From a virus, in the IMG/VR virus record IMGVR_UViG_3300025151_000028, positions 6,612 through 70,611 of that record: a stretch of 64,000 nucleotides of DNA. One strand, written 5' to 3'. The translations under genes were made by a program, and so were the position numbers. The notes below the pieces were generated by a model, which had not been told where the DNA came from, searched no databases, and saw only the letters and a program-made list of their open reading frames with translations. Of this stretch, positions 10,082 to 20,103 are shown in pieces (positions within the stretch are counted from its first letter, which is position 1; each line of letters begins with the position of its first letter).

Positions 10082-10407
10082 TATGAACAACAGTTATTAT
10101 TAATGTTTGTTATTTGTGAGTTAATGTTTATTATCTGTTCTTTAATAGAAGCAATGTCACTAGTGTTAGTTGCAACTTGATTTTTTAACTCGACAAGAAC
10201 AGAGTCTATTTTTGATAATGCTACATTGATTGTATCACAAGCTTCCACACCAGATCCTGGAAGAGTTGGACCATCGTACACAACTGTGCTCGATACAGTA
10301 CCATTTGTTCCACAGGAGTTAGTACATTCATTACATGTACTTGTGCATCCACAAGGGTTATTTAAAACTACATCAGTGCAGCAAGGGTTTACAGGTAGGT
10401 ATGCCAT
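10081..10407 (-). CDS. Cys-rich protein with C-terminal coiled coil (fibre-associated?)
   Basis: PCC/CGC/CxxC N-terminus; heptad-like VELKNQVATNTSDIASIKEQIININSQI. Confidence 0.65.
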   Translation of the reverse strand: MAYLPVNPCCTDVVLNNPCGCTSTCNECTNSCGTNGTVSSTVVYDGPTLPGSGVEACDTINVALSKIDSVLVELKNQVATNTSDIASIKEQIININSQITNINNNCCS

Positions 10408-10418
10408 TTTATTTTGTT

Positions 10419-11525
10419 TTAAGGTATGTAAATTATATAATATACTCCACGTCCAGGTTGATAGTTCTCGTGAGATTGTCCACCACCTGTAGGATTAAGA
10501 GTAACAGTATGTGTATGTGGAGGAAGAGGGTCTGCATTAAACTGTCTTTGTCTAAAGGCATTACTTCCACCATCAAATCCTCCACCACCTGGTATGCTAT
10601 CACCAATGTAAGGTCCTGCTGCCCACCCTGTAGGGGTTATTGTAGGTGTTGATGGTCCAATAGTAACAGCGTGTGTATGTGAAGGAATTTGTCCTTGACT
10701 CAAAACTATACCGTTACTACCTACTGGAGTTGATATTGTATAAGTTGGGTTATCAGGTTCAGCAGGATCTACAGCTGTGTCCATTTGTCCACCACTCATG
10801 CTTCCATCACTAGTTCCAACTAGCACTCTACCTCTTAAATCAGGGGTTCCATTTTCACCATTACATAAATATATACTTACCCAATCACCTATACCTGCTC
10901 CAGAAGCATCAAAGTTATTAAGAAATGCAGTACCTCCAGTAGCAGCAACAATTGAATAAGGAACCATTCTATTAGCAATAAGTTGTTGACCTGGATCATT
11001 TTGTATATAGTTTTCAATATACGTATTTATATCTGAAATTCTAACATAAGTGTTTTCAACAAAATTTATAAAACCATTAAGTTGATCAACTAGTGTACAA
11101 ACTTGGTATATTACAGATTGTAGCACTACTTGTGTATCACTTGGATCTGAACCTACTGGTAAATCTATACAATCTAGGTCATAGTCTTGTGAATCTCCTC
11201 CTGAGCCTCCTCCTCCTGAAATTTGTTCTTCTAAACTACATAAAAACTTTACGATTCCTGTTAAGTAGTTATTTAATGAAAGGGGATTACAATTGTCTAG
11301 TTCTGCTTGTAAACTTGGACATATATCTGTCTGTGGTATTACAGGAAATATTCCTGTACCATCAAGCGATGAGGTTAGAAAACCTATTAATGACTGCTCT
11401 ACATAAGATAGAGAGTCTCCATTTTTTATTCCTAGAACAGGGACATCTACCCCTGTATATTTAACGCATTTGTCTGAGGTTATCTCAGTACATCCGTTAT
11501 AGCAATTTGAGCAATTATTTGACAT
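10419..11525 (-). CDS. Tail fibre protein with tail-collar domain
   Basis: YLCNGENGTPDLRGRVLVG, IPSHTH, PHTH and GGGQSHENYQP...YIIY. Confidence 0.8.
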   Translation of the reverse strand: MSNNCSNCYNGCTEITSDKCVKYTGVDVPVLGIKNGDSLSYVEQSLIGFLTSSLDGTGIFPVIPQTDICPSLQAELDNCNPLSLNNYLTGIVKFLCSLEEQISGGGGSGGDSQDYDLDCIDLPVGSDPSDTQVVLQSVIYQVCTLVDQLNGFINFVENTYVRISDINTYIENYIQNDPGQQLIANRMVPYSIVAATGGTAFLNNFDASGAGIGDWVSIYLCNGENGTPDLRGRVLVGTSDGSMSGGQMDTAVDPAEPDNPTYTISTPVGSNGIVLSQGQIPSHTHAVTIGPSTPTITPTGWAAGPYIGDSIPGGGGFDGGSNAFRQRQFNADPLPPHTHTVTLNPTGGGQSHENYQPGRGVYYIIYIP

Positions 11526-11538
11526 GGTATTTTATATT

Positions 11539-12861
11539 TTAACAAGGGTTATTTAATGTATCTGTTAGACCAACTTGCCAATAAGTTGCTCCATCACATT
11601 CTTTATTTATTTGATCACTTCCTCCAAGTTCAGTTACGTACTCTATTGAGTTTTCATTTACAACAGTAAATAAATCACCTGCATCAAGGCTAGTAATTCC
11701 TAATTGGTTAGCTACTTCATCTATTCTACAAGCCCATCCAACTTGATATGAATTAGGTCCACCGTCACATGATGAACCACCTCCAGCAAAAACTAGTCCA
11801 ATTACTTTTATAGTTCCTCCTATATTAGCAATTAAAGCAGATCCTGAATCTCCACCCCTTACTGGGTTACAACAAAGCTCACTTGGATCTTGTGATGTAG
11901 GATCTTCTAAAGTAGGTTTAAAATATCCTATAATATCTTCCATTTCAATAAGAGTAGATACTCCTTGTCTTTTATATGAAATAGGAAATCCTCCTGTTGT
12001 TGTAAAAATTCTCATGGGGCAACTAGCTCCACCTTTAGGACCTGTTGTTCTTCCTGAACTATATAATTCTGGATTACTTGTAAGAGCATTATCTATTTCC
12101 GAAGTTGTAGCAAAAGGTAGATTACTTGTTATAACTGAATCTAGTCCTACTTGCTTCCAACTTTCAAAAAGACTTATAACATTAGATTTTAATGAGAATA
12201 ATGCAGCATCTACATTATTTACTAATCCTGAACTCTGTGGGTGAACAGGAACATATCTCACACCTCTTCCAATTATATTTGCTGAGGTGAAGTATTCTGC
12301 CCAACTTCCTCCAGCAACAGTTCCTTCAGTTCCTTGATATATGTTATTTGTTGGATCATAATCATTTTGTATCACTCCAGATAAATCTCTAGAGTCTGTA
12401 TAAAATGCATCTGCAATTGTAACATGATTATTACTAAGTCCTAATATTGCCCCTGTAGCAACATCTTTTACAACTAATCCAAATGTACCTACACTTGTGT
12501 TAGTATTGTTACTACTTATAGATATACCACCTTTAACAGGTCTTGTATATGATCTGTTAGGTATTGATGCTGATCCTGCGTTTTGACCACATGCAGAATT
12601 ACAAGTACCTAGTAGCTCTGGTTTACCTATTTCCACAATATCTGTTTTAATAGACTGACTTCCAACTTTCACTTCAGTTGGTATAATCTCATCATCAGAC
12701 AATTCTGAAAGAGGTTTTTTCTTTTCAACACCACATACAACACTTAACTCTCCTGTACTAACTCCATTAGATGATTTATAACCATACCACACAGAAGTAA
12801 GACCTGGATTTGATCTGCGAACCTCTCTTAATTTATCTTTTATTTTTTGTGTTACTTTCAT
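11539..12861 (-). CDS. Trypsin-like (Nal1-like) serine protease
   Basis: Catalytic triad motifs LSNNHV, VDAAL, GGDSGS; also SGRTTG and GLVFAG. Confidence 0.85.
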   Translation of the reverse strand: MKVTQKIKDKLREVRRSNPGLTSVWYGYKSSNGVSTGELSVVCGVEKKKPLSELSDDEIIPTEVKVGSQSIKTDIVEIGKPELLGTCNSACGQNAGSASIPNRSYTRPVKGGISISSNNTNTSVGTFGLVVKDVATGAILGLSNNHVTIADAFYTDSRDLSGVIQNDYDPTNNIYQGTEGTVAGGSWAEYFTSANIIGRGVRYVPVHPQSSGLVNNVDAALFSLKSNVISLFESWKQVGLDSVITSNLPFATTSEIDNALTSNPELYSSGRTTGPKGGASCPMRIFTTTGGFPISYKRQGVSTLIEMEDIIGYFKPTLEDPTSQDPSELCCNPVRGGDSGSALIANIGGTIKVIGLVFAGGGSSCDGGPNSYQVGWACRIDEVANQLGITSLDAGDLFTVVNENSIEYVTELGGSDQINKECDGATYWQVGLTDTLNNPC

Positions 12862-12870
12862 AATTTATAT

Positions 12871-15800
12871 CTATGCTGGTGTTATAGGATCAAACTTTAT
12901 CCATATTGTACTAGGTCCTGATGGGTCAACAGTAGTAGTGGTAGTGGTAGTTGGGCTTGTTGATGGAATAAAAGATAAATTTCCATTACACTCACCTGCA
13001 TTACTCCAAGTTCTTAAATATTGATTATTAAACTCTCCTGGGCCAAAGAATGCTGTGTTGTCATTTATTAATGTAGTATTGTAAGGGAAATTTGTATCTA
13101 TTTCATATAACTTAATACCACTTACAAGTATATACATTTTACCTTCATAAACAAACATCCATTGCGCACTTGTCTGGATAAAGTATCCATCTGGTGATGT
13201 TCCTGCAATCTGTATGTCTGTTATATTTATTTCAAGTTCTATATCTAAGGTGGTGTAATCCCTTTGAACTATATAAAGTGGATCAGCAACATCTTGAGTA
13301 TCCATTCTCTGATATATTATTTTATTATTTGAAAATATCGGAGATGCCCAATAAGATCTATCACTTCCTAAAGTAAATAAAAAGGTCAATGTATATGAAC
13401 CATCTTCATTTATTACTAGTTTATATATTTTACCAGTACCTGGATTGTTATTTATATTAATAGAATTAAGCAGAAGAGTATTATCATCCACTACACAAAC
13501 TATTGAAGCTAGAAAATATTCATCAGCTGGCCAACTTATATCTATTACATTGTTAGGATCTGAGGTTTCAACAATAGACAAGTCGCTTAGGTTCCATCTC
13601 TTTATACTAAGTTTTTCGAGTGAACTATTTGTTAAATATTGGAACATAATATTTTGTGAACTACCTGAGCCTATTATATTCTCTGGAGGTGCACCAAAAC
13701 TGTCTGGAAGATCAACAAATTGATATTGGTTAGAAAGTGGATTATAGCGATAAAATGAATCAACGCCACTCGTTCCTCTTGCAGGGCGTGCCCACGTACA
13801 AGTAGTAGTTTCAACATCTAGACAACCTAGTAATAGTGGTCCTCCAGTTGGTGCATCACCAGATATAGTTAAAATTGTAAAAGGTGTGCTAGAGCTTATA
13901 ATAAATTCTCCATCACCTTCTGTATCATAATCTGGTACACCTCCACCTATTGTGTTTCCTTGAACTTGAACATTACATCCAACACTTATTGATACATCAG
14001 GTGTTCCTGTATTTGTATCAAACGTATAAACATCTCCACCACTTAAGTCAGGTTGAGAGTTAAGTACAGCAGCTCTAATAGGAATATTATTAACAGGTTG
14101 TGAAAAAGTTAGTGTAATAGTAAAATCAAAACCTCTAATACTTCTCAATACATTATTTGCAGGTGGATTAGATATTCCACTACATCCTTCTTGTGGTATA
14201 CCTCCTACAGTATCTCCTGACCTCAGTTGCATATTACTTTGAGTAGCACTAGCTGTAACCTGAATTCCTGAATAAGTAAAAGTAGCAGGTCCTATATACA
14301 CCCACTCACCTTCATCATTTTGTTCAGTTAATGCAGGTATCCATGTAGCTCCTTCACAATCATCATACTGAATATTAACATTTGCACAACCAGTTGATGT
14401 ATGTATCCAAACAGTATCATCAGCCACTGTACCTGACAGTGTAGCATTGTATGGTCCTGTTTGATCAATGTTATATACTTGAAGTGTTTCTGGTTGAATT
14501 ACCTGTAATAATCCATTTACACCCCATACAGGCATAGCTTTACTTGTACTAGTCCACGCATTGGTAAATTCAGGAACACCACGCTGTTGTAAATTAATAA
14601 CAGGTGATGATGATGTCCAAGAACTTAAGTCTAACCCTTCATATTGTCTTACACGGTTTGATGCATTATTAGGTGATTCATTTTCATAGTATCTACCAGA
14701 AAGAATAACATTGTCATCATTAGTAATAAACATTCCTGTAAGCTCTGTTGTAATTCCATACGTATTACCAAAACTTACAGTTGCTTTATCTATTTTATTA
14801 TTTTCATTTAGTAGAATGTTACCAGATGTAGAAATATCCCATGAGTAAACACCCATACTAGCTTCACCATCATCTCTTGCACCAAATCCTGCAAGTAACG
14901 TATTATTATCAGCAGTTGTAGCTATTGCAGTTATTTCACTTCCCCATATACCTCTGCTAGATAGATTATCTACATCAATAGATATTTCTCTAACAAAAGA
15001 TAGAGTTGGTGTAGGACCAGATGTATCTATATCCCATTCTCTAATATATTGAAGTTCAGGTGGTCTAGCATTATTTACATTGAAATCACCTACATAGAAA
15101 TCAATAATTACTCCCCTCACATCTGTTGGAGATATATTAGTAAGTGCTAATTTTGAAATACCATTGTTTTCTGCTGTAATTTTAGTTGATCCAACTTGAA
15201 AAGACCCATTTCCAGACTCCTGATAAGCTTGCATGTTAACTTGATTTGGACTTATCTGTATTGTTTCGTATGTAGGAATGTCTTGCTCATCATCACCTCT
15301 AACACATTGTATAATCTGCTCACCTCTAATAGGAGAATCACTGGTTACAGATACAATCTCTATATCACCTTCTGTTCTTGGATCTCCACTATAGCCCCAT
15401 GCACTAGATATAAATTGAATACAGTTTATAGGAGGATCAAACTCCATAGTCAATTCTCCATTAACTTTTAATGCGAAACTTGCACTTGTACTAGTATTTG
15501 TCTGATTTATGTAAAATCCATCACATAGGTCAAAAGTTCCTGGTGTTGAATCATATATTGGATCAGGACCATTAAATGTTGTAGTTAACACTACACCATT
15601 AGATAATGTTTTTGTTCCATTTCCTGTTACAGCATTAGGAAAACCTTCTGGATTAGTTATATCAATATTACCACAAGCTGCAGAAGATGCAGGATAGCTA
15701 GCTAACCATAACTTACTTGATGTAGAACAGATAGGTCTATTTATTCCTGAAGTGATTGTAAAATCATTAGGCACTAACACCACAGTTGATGAGTTAGTAT

Positions 15801-16206
15801 TGAAGTCGTATACAGCTATTTCTCCAGGGTTACCTCCATAAGTTGACCAAGTACATGGTGAGAATCCTGGATATCCAGTAGTAGTGGTAGTTGTAGTTTC
15901 TGGCGCAGGGCAAACAATTGTTCCACTAAAGTTACAGTCTGGTATTATACAATTAATCTCTCCAGAGAAATCACAATTTGGTGTAGCACAGTTGTATATA
16001 TCTGTTGTAAAGGGTGCACAATCTGCACCTAAATCTAACAATCTAACAGTTGTTGTTCCATCAGGAGCTACGACTTCATAACCTAATAAAAGGTCAGCCT
16101 TGCTTACATTTTGTGCAAATGGTGTAGTGAAACCATCAACATCAGAGTACAGATCAAAAGGACCTGACTCTGCACCTGCGAAACTTAATGTTATAAATAT
16201 TATCAT
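12871..16206 (-). CDS. Large multidomain appendage/receptor-binding-like protein (FDLYSD module, poly-Thr)
   Basis: 1111 aa; SGPFDLYSDVDGFTTPF; tandem CDFSG/CNFSG units; beta-rich domains. Confidence 0.7.
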   Translation of the reverse strand: MIIFITLSFAGAESGPFDLYSDVDGFTTPFAQNVSKADLLLGYEVVAPDGTTTVRLLDLGADCAPFTTDIYNCATPNCDFSGEINCIIPDCNFSGTIVCPAPETTTTTTTGYPGFSPCTWSTYGGNPGEIAVYDFNTNSSTVVLVPNDFTITSGINRPICSTSSKLWLASYPASSAACGNIDITNPEGFPNAVTGNGTKTLSNGVVLTTTFNGPDPIYDSTPGTFDLCDGFYINQTNTSTSASFALKVNGELTMEFDPPINCIQFISSAWGYSGDPRTEGDIEIVSVTSDSPIRGEQIIQCVRGDDEQDIPTYETIQISPNQVNMQAYQESGNGSFQVGSTKITAENNGISKLALTNISPTDVRGVIIDFYVGDFNVNNARPPELQYIREWDIDTSGPTPTLSFVREISIDVDNLSSRGIWGSEITAIATTADNNTLLAGFGARDDGEASMGVYSWDISTSGNILLNENNKIDKATVSFGNTYGITTELTGMFITNDDNVILSGRYYENESPNNASNRVRQYEGLDLSSWTSSSPVINLQQRGVPEFTNAWTSTSKAMPVWGVNGLLQVIQPETLQVYNIDQTGPYNATLSGTVADDTVWIHTSTGCANVNIQYDDCEGATWIPALTEQNDEGEWVYIGPATFTYSGIQVTASATQSNMQLRSGDTVGGIPQEGCSGISNPPANNVLRSIRGFDFTITLTFSQPVNNIPIRAAVLNSQPDLSGGDVYTFDTNTGTPDVSISVGCNVQVQGNTIGGGVPDYDTEGDGEFIISSSTPFTILTISGDAPTGGPLLLGCLDVETTTCTWARPARGTSGVDSFYRYNPLSNQYQFVDLPDSFGAPPENIIGSGSSQNIMFQYLTNSSLEKLSIKRWNLSDLSIVETSDPNNVIDISWPADEYFLASIVCVVDDNTLLLNSININNNPGTGKIYKLVINEDGSYTLTFLFTLGSDRSYWASPIFSNNKIIYQRMDTQDVADPLYIVQRDYTTLDIELEINITDIQIAGTSPDGYFIQTSAQWMFVYEGKMYILVSGIKLYEIDTNFPYNTTLINDNTAFFGPGEFNNQYLRTWSNAGECNGNLSFIPSTSPTTTTTTTVDPSGPSTIWIKFDPITPA

Positions 16207-16215
16207 CTTCTTTAC

Positions 16216-18144
16216 TTAGTTTTGATTTGTGGTTGTGGTTGTGGTTGGATTACATCCAGCTACTATCTGCTGTTGTATTTCTTGTGAACTTGCATCATTG
16301 CTCCAACTTCCACCAGTTTGTTCTGCTAATTCTCTCCATGGATATATGCCATCTACAGTAGCTGAAGAACAACAAGGACTTCCTCCTACTAGATCTACAC
16401 CTTCACCTAAAACAAAATATTTAATTCCATTTGCCTGAGCATATGTAATCATACTTTGTATACCTTGCCAAGTAACTACGTCAAAGAAATCTCTAGTGCT
16501 TCCTGGAAATTGGTCAGTTAATATAATAACATATTTTGCAACATTTGGTCTAAATGCTCCTCCAAAATTTGATTCTGTGACTAATTTAGCTGCATAGTCA
16601 CTAGGTTCAGCAGCCAGAACGCCATTACCCATTCGAACACAACCATCTCCAGTTCCAGCTCCTCCATTTAATTTTTGAAGTTGTTGATTAAAGGTTGCTT
16701 GATTATTGTCACTAAAGGTTTCCCAAGCAGTAATAACTTGATAGAGATCATATGAAACAAAATCTGGATTTACACTTGGAGTAGGACCATTTATAATTTT
16801 TTGACTAGAATCTAAATTTATGTAATCTGCACAATTTTGATAAAGAGAGTTGCTGTTCTGATACTCATCAGCAGTTACTAAAGATAATCTATATCCACCA
16901 GCACCTGACTGAGTAGAAATAGCATTTACAATACCTGCTATTCCTGCTTTTACATTTTCAACTATAGGATACATTGATGCTGTATAATCAAATACAAATG
17001 CTACATCCAATCCATCTGTACATGGAGTGTCTTCTGGAGTGGCAGTTGTAGTAGTTGTAGTTGTTGGAGCAACTCCACCACATGCATATAAATCAAAGAC
17101 TACACCAGCTAATGGAAGACTTGTATTGTTAGTTAATACTAATCTAGAGATACCTCCTGCTTCTGGTGTAATAACAGTAATTCCACTTTGTAAACTTGGA
17201 CTAATTTGTACACCTGTTAAGTTAATTTGATTTTCATTAACTTGAGTTGTTTCATAAGTAGCAGTGGCTTCATTTAAGCTACAGCTAAGTAATGTTTCAC
17301 CTACAATAGGATCTAAAGATGTTACAGTTACAGTTTCTGTCTCACCTAAGAAACTACTATATCCATATCCAGTACTAACAAGTGCTACAGAAACTACAGG
17401 TGGATCAAATTCTAAAACTATAGATCCTCCTATTACTAGAGGGAACTGAGTCTTATCAGTATCATTATATGTATTAACTAATACTCCATCACACAATTCT
17501 TCTGTTCCAGGATCTGTTAATAAAGTAGGTGATATTGTTGGTCCTGTATAAGTTGTAGTTAATTGAACACCATTAGATAATACTTTTGTACCGTTACCTG
17601 TTATACCATCAGGGAAACCTTCTGGTAAATTTGTATTAAAAGGTGTATCACACTGAGGTGGAGGTGGAATCTCTCTAACTTGGAAACATCCTTCAACTCT
17701 ACAATCTGGTAATATAGTAGTAGTAGTTGTAGTGGTTGTTGGTGGAATACAAATTATATTTCCACTAAAGTCACAAATTATTGGAGAAGTAGTAGTTGTT
17801 GTAGTTGTTGGGTTTGGTACTATAGGTATAGGGCATGTTGTTATTTCACATACCGTAGGTTCGTTACATTTAGGAACACATCCAGATGTTAAACGGATAA
17901 TTTTACCAGCAATATCATTAACAGACAAAGATCCTCCATAATGGGGATTGCAGTATTTAAACGTTAATATACGTTTATATGCTAGTAACTGAACAATTGA
18001 AGCAGCAGGAACACATTCACCTAACATGAATACAACATTATTGTATGCACCGTTAGCAAGCTCTGCTATCTTACAATCTATCTGTCTAAGTAAATCAGGT
18101 ATCTTGTGACAATCCTGACAGTTTGTTAATCTGGGTGTTAACAT
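16216..18144 (-). CDS. Cys/Thr-rich structural protein with C-terminal vWA domain
   Basis: LDVAFVFDYTASM (MIDAS-like DxTxS), KYVIILTD, LAEQTGG; four poly-Thr linkers. Confidence 0.75.
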   Translation of the reverse strand: MLTPRLTNCQDCHKIPDLLRQIDCKIAELANGAYNNVVFMLGECVPAASIVQLLAYKRILTFKYCNPHYGGSLSVNDIAGKIIRLTSGCVPKCNEPTVCEITTCPIPIVPNPTTTTTTTSPIICDFSGNIICIPPTTTTTTTTILPDCRVEGCFQVREIPPPPQCDTPFNTNLPEGFPDGITGNGTKVLSNGVQLTTTYTGPTISPTLLTDPGTEELCDGVLVNTYNDTDKTQFPLVIGGSIVLEFDPPVVSVALVSTGYGYSSFLGETETVTVTSLDPIVGETLLSCSLNEATATYETTQVNENQINLTGVQISPSLQSGITVITPEAGGISRLVLTNNTSLPLAGVVFDLYACGGVAPTTTTTTTATPEDTPCTDGLDVAFVFDYTASMYPIVENVKAGIAGIVNAISTQSGAGGYRLSLVTADEYQNSNSLYQNCADYINLDSSQKIINGPTPSVNPDFVSYDLYQVITAWETFSDNNQATFNQQLQKLNGGAGTGDGCVRMGNGVLAAEPSDYAAKLVTESNFGGAFRPNVAKYVIILTDQFPGSTRDFFDVVTWQGIQSMITYAQANGIKYFVLGEGVDLVGGSPCCSSATVDGIYPWRELAEQTGGSWSNDASSQEIQQQIVAGCNPTTTTTTNQN

Positions 18145-18256
18145 AAGTTGATGTTGTTACTTCCTTATTAGAATTACCGTTACAATGAGCACATAGACCG
18201 TTAGTTAACTGACATCCACATCCTACTTTTGCACCACAATTTGCACACTGGGCCAT
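18095..18256 (-). CDS. 53-aa Cys-rich small protein
   Basis: Own translation MAQCANCGAKVGCGCQLTNGLCAHCNG...; starts just after the upstream stop and fills the gap. Confidence 0.6.
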   Translation of the reverse strand: MAQCANCGAKVGCGCQLTNGLCAHCNGNSNKEVTTSTYVNTQINKLSGLSQDT

Positions 18257-18258
18257 TT

Positions 18259-18831
18259 TTATCTAAAGTTTATTATGTAGTTGTTACCATTACCAGTACA
18301 ACCACAATTGGTTTTTATAAATTGATCAAGCATATCGCTTGCTTTTGTATATAACTTAAGAGCATCTTGTTCAGCACAATTATTTGCTAAAGAAATTGCT
18401 CCTTGAATAAAAAAGTTTATTGTGTTTAAATTTACACTAGCTTGAGTTTTAAGAGCACTATCGCACTCCATCAAGTCAAGTTTTAAAAATGCACTGTCAA
18501 ATTTCTCCTGTAATTTGTCAACACGCATAATAGTCTTCTCAACATAGTTTTTATATGCTGGAGCTATTGAATATTTTAATTTATATATACCATCAGGTAA
18601 AGCTTGTTTGCAGCCATCTTCAGTTATTCCTAAAGTGTCTGATCCAAAGATGTTAGTTTCTGATGGTCGAAAAGGTAATATCTGTTTACCAAAATTTGGT
18701 ACTTCTATCTCAATTGTTGGAGCTGATACAATTGGTGGACTGTCTGGATAGACAGATGCATCTGTAACAGCAAGCAATAGAGTACTATAGGTAGGAGGTA
18801 CTATAATATCTAATTGTAATGTGGCTGCCAT
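18259..18831 (-). CDS. Putative tail hub/structural protein
   Basis: 190 aa, LPDGIYKLKY; in the structural block. Confidence 0.5.
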   Translation of the reverse strand: MAATLQLDIIVPPTYSTLLLAVTDASVYPDSPPIVSAPTIEIEVPNFGKQILPFRPSETNIFGSDTLGITEDGCKQALPDGIYKLKYSIAPAYKNYVEKTIMRVDKLQEKFDSAFLKLDLMECDSALKTQASVNLNTINFFIQGAISLANNCAEQDALKLYTKASDMLDQFIKTNCGCTGNGNNYIINFR

Positions 18832-18842
18832 ACTATTGTTTT

Positions 18843-18891
18843 AAAAAAAAATGCCAGAGGATATGAGTGTAAATCCTCTCACCTCTGGCAT
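18843..18891 (-). terminator. Rho-independent terminator
   Basis: ATGCCAGAGG/CCTCTGGCAT stem with a minus-strand T-run. Confidence 0.8.
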
Positions 18892-18930
18892 AGGTTTATG
18901 TTAATGTTCTATCCCTACTTCTGACGCTGT

Positions 18931-20073
18931 TTAAGCAGCAGCAGTAGTTGTAGTTGTAATGCAAGTGTTGTCATCAGAAACTTGTCCTAAAGCATCTTCT
19001 AGGATTGGCTCAATCTTAGAAGCAATAGCACTTGTATCAGCATTAGGAACAGCAATGATTACAGTTGAGTCTTGGTGAATGTAATCTCCCCATTGATAAG
19101 CTGCCTTATCTAATTGGTTAAATCTAATGTAGTAGCTATCATAAACAACTCCATCAGTCACATAAGATTCAAAGTTCTCATTGTAGCCACCCATTCTATA
19201 TAGTGACTTTAAATATCCAGCTTGGTAGCTGTAGAAGTTCTTTTCTAATTGCTTGAATTCTTCAGATCCTCCAGAAGCATAAGATGCTTTTTGGACTACA
19301 GCAGAATTAGCAACGATATTACAAGCATCAGCAACAATAAAATCAGCAGTTGTAGCTGGTCCATCGTATACAAAAGTACTGAAGTACATTCTGTCATACT
19401 CGAATGGGAATGCAGCAACATCACAAGGTTGACCATATTTAGTTAATGGTTTACCTTCGATTCTAAGTGTAGTTCCACCAACATTTTCAAAAGTAAAGAA
19501 ACTGTTGAAAGAAACGTTGTCTGGATTATCTCCAGGAGCTTGTTGTTGTAATTTAGCAATTAAAGAGTTTATTAACGCATTAGTATCTACGTCAGTACAT
19601 ACATCACCACCACACTCACAACATGGAGCATTTACAGTTACAGAACGTGTAAATCCATTGAAGTATAATGTATCAATGTAAGAAGAATGAGCACGTAATG
19701 TTAAAGTTACGATTTCACCACATTGTACTTTGAAGTCTGTTACATCAGTAATTTGATTAGCAGCAGTAGCACAACCTGATACTTTGTACCATTCTGTTAC
19801 ATTTGAATTGCAGGAAGCACCAGCTGTTGGGCACCCTTTAATCTTGTCAGATCTTTTAGATCCTTGTAAATAAGTGTTTGCTCTACCTTGAGCGATGTAA
19901 ATGTACTTTGCATCTGAAGCAGGGTTTGCTCCACCAGCAGCAGTTACAGTTGCATAATTTTGATCAAAGATTCCTACTTCACCAGCAGTTAAATCTTGAG
20001 TCGAACCAGAGCTAGGGACATCAGTTTGCCCTACTGGCACCACGAATAACGTGGTTAATGAAAAATCAGCCAT
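18931..20073 (-). CDS. Conserved structural protein (auxiliary capsid-like), C-terminal TTTTTAAA
   Basis: 380 aa, third gene after the MCP, followed by a strong terminator; function by crAss-like synteny. Confidence 0.55.
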   Translation of the reverse strand: MADFSLTTLFVVPVGQTDVPSSGSTQDLTAGEVGIFDQNYATVTAAGGANPASDAKYIYIAQGRANTYLQGSKRSDKIKGCPTAGASCNSNVTEWYKVSGCATAANQITDVTDFKVQCGEIVTLTLRAHSSYIDTLYFNGFTRSVTVNAPCCECGGDVCTDVDTNALINSLIAKLQQQAPGDNPDNVSFNSFFTFENVGGTTLRIEGKPLTKYGQPCDVAAFPFEYDRMYFSTFVYDGPATTADFIVADACNIVANSAVVQKASYASGGSEEFKQLEKNFYSYQAGYLKSLYRMGGYNENFESYVTDGVVYDSYYIRFNQLDKAAYQWGDYIHQDSTVIIAVPNADTSAIASKIEPILEDALGQVSDDNTCITTTTTAAA

Positions 20074-20103
20074 TGTTTTATGATTTAAAGGTTAAAAATA
20101 ATT

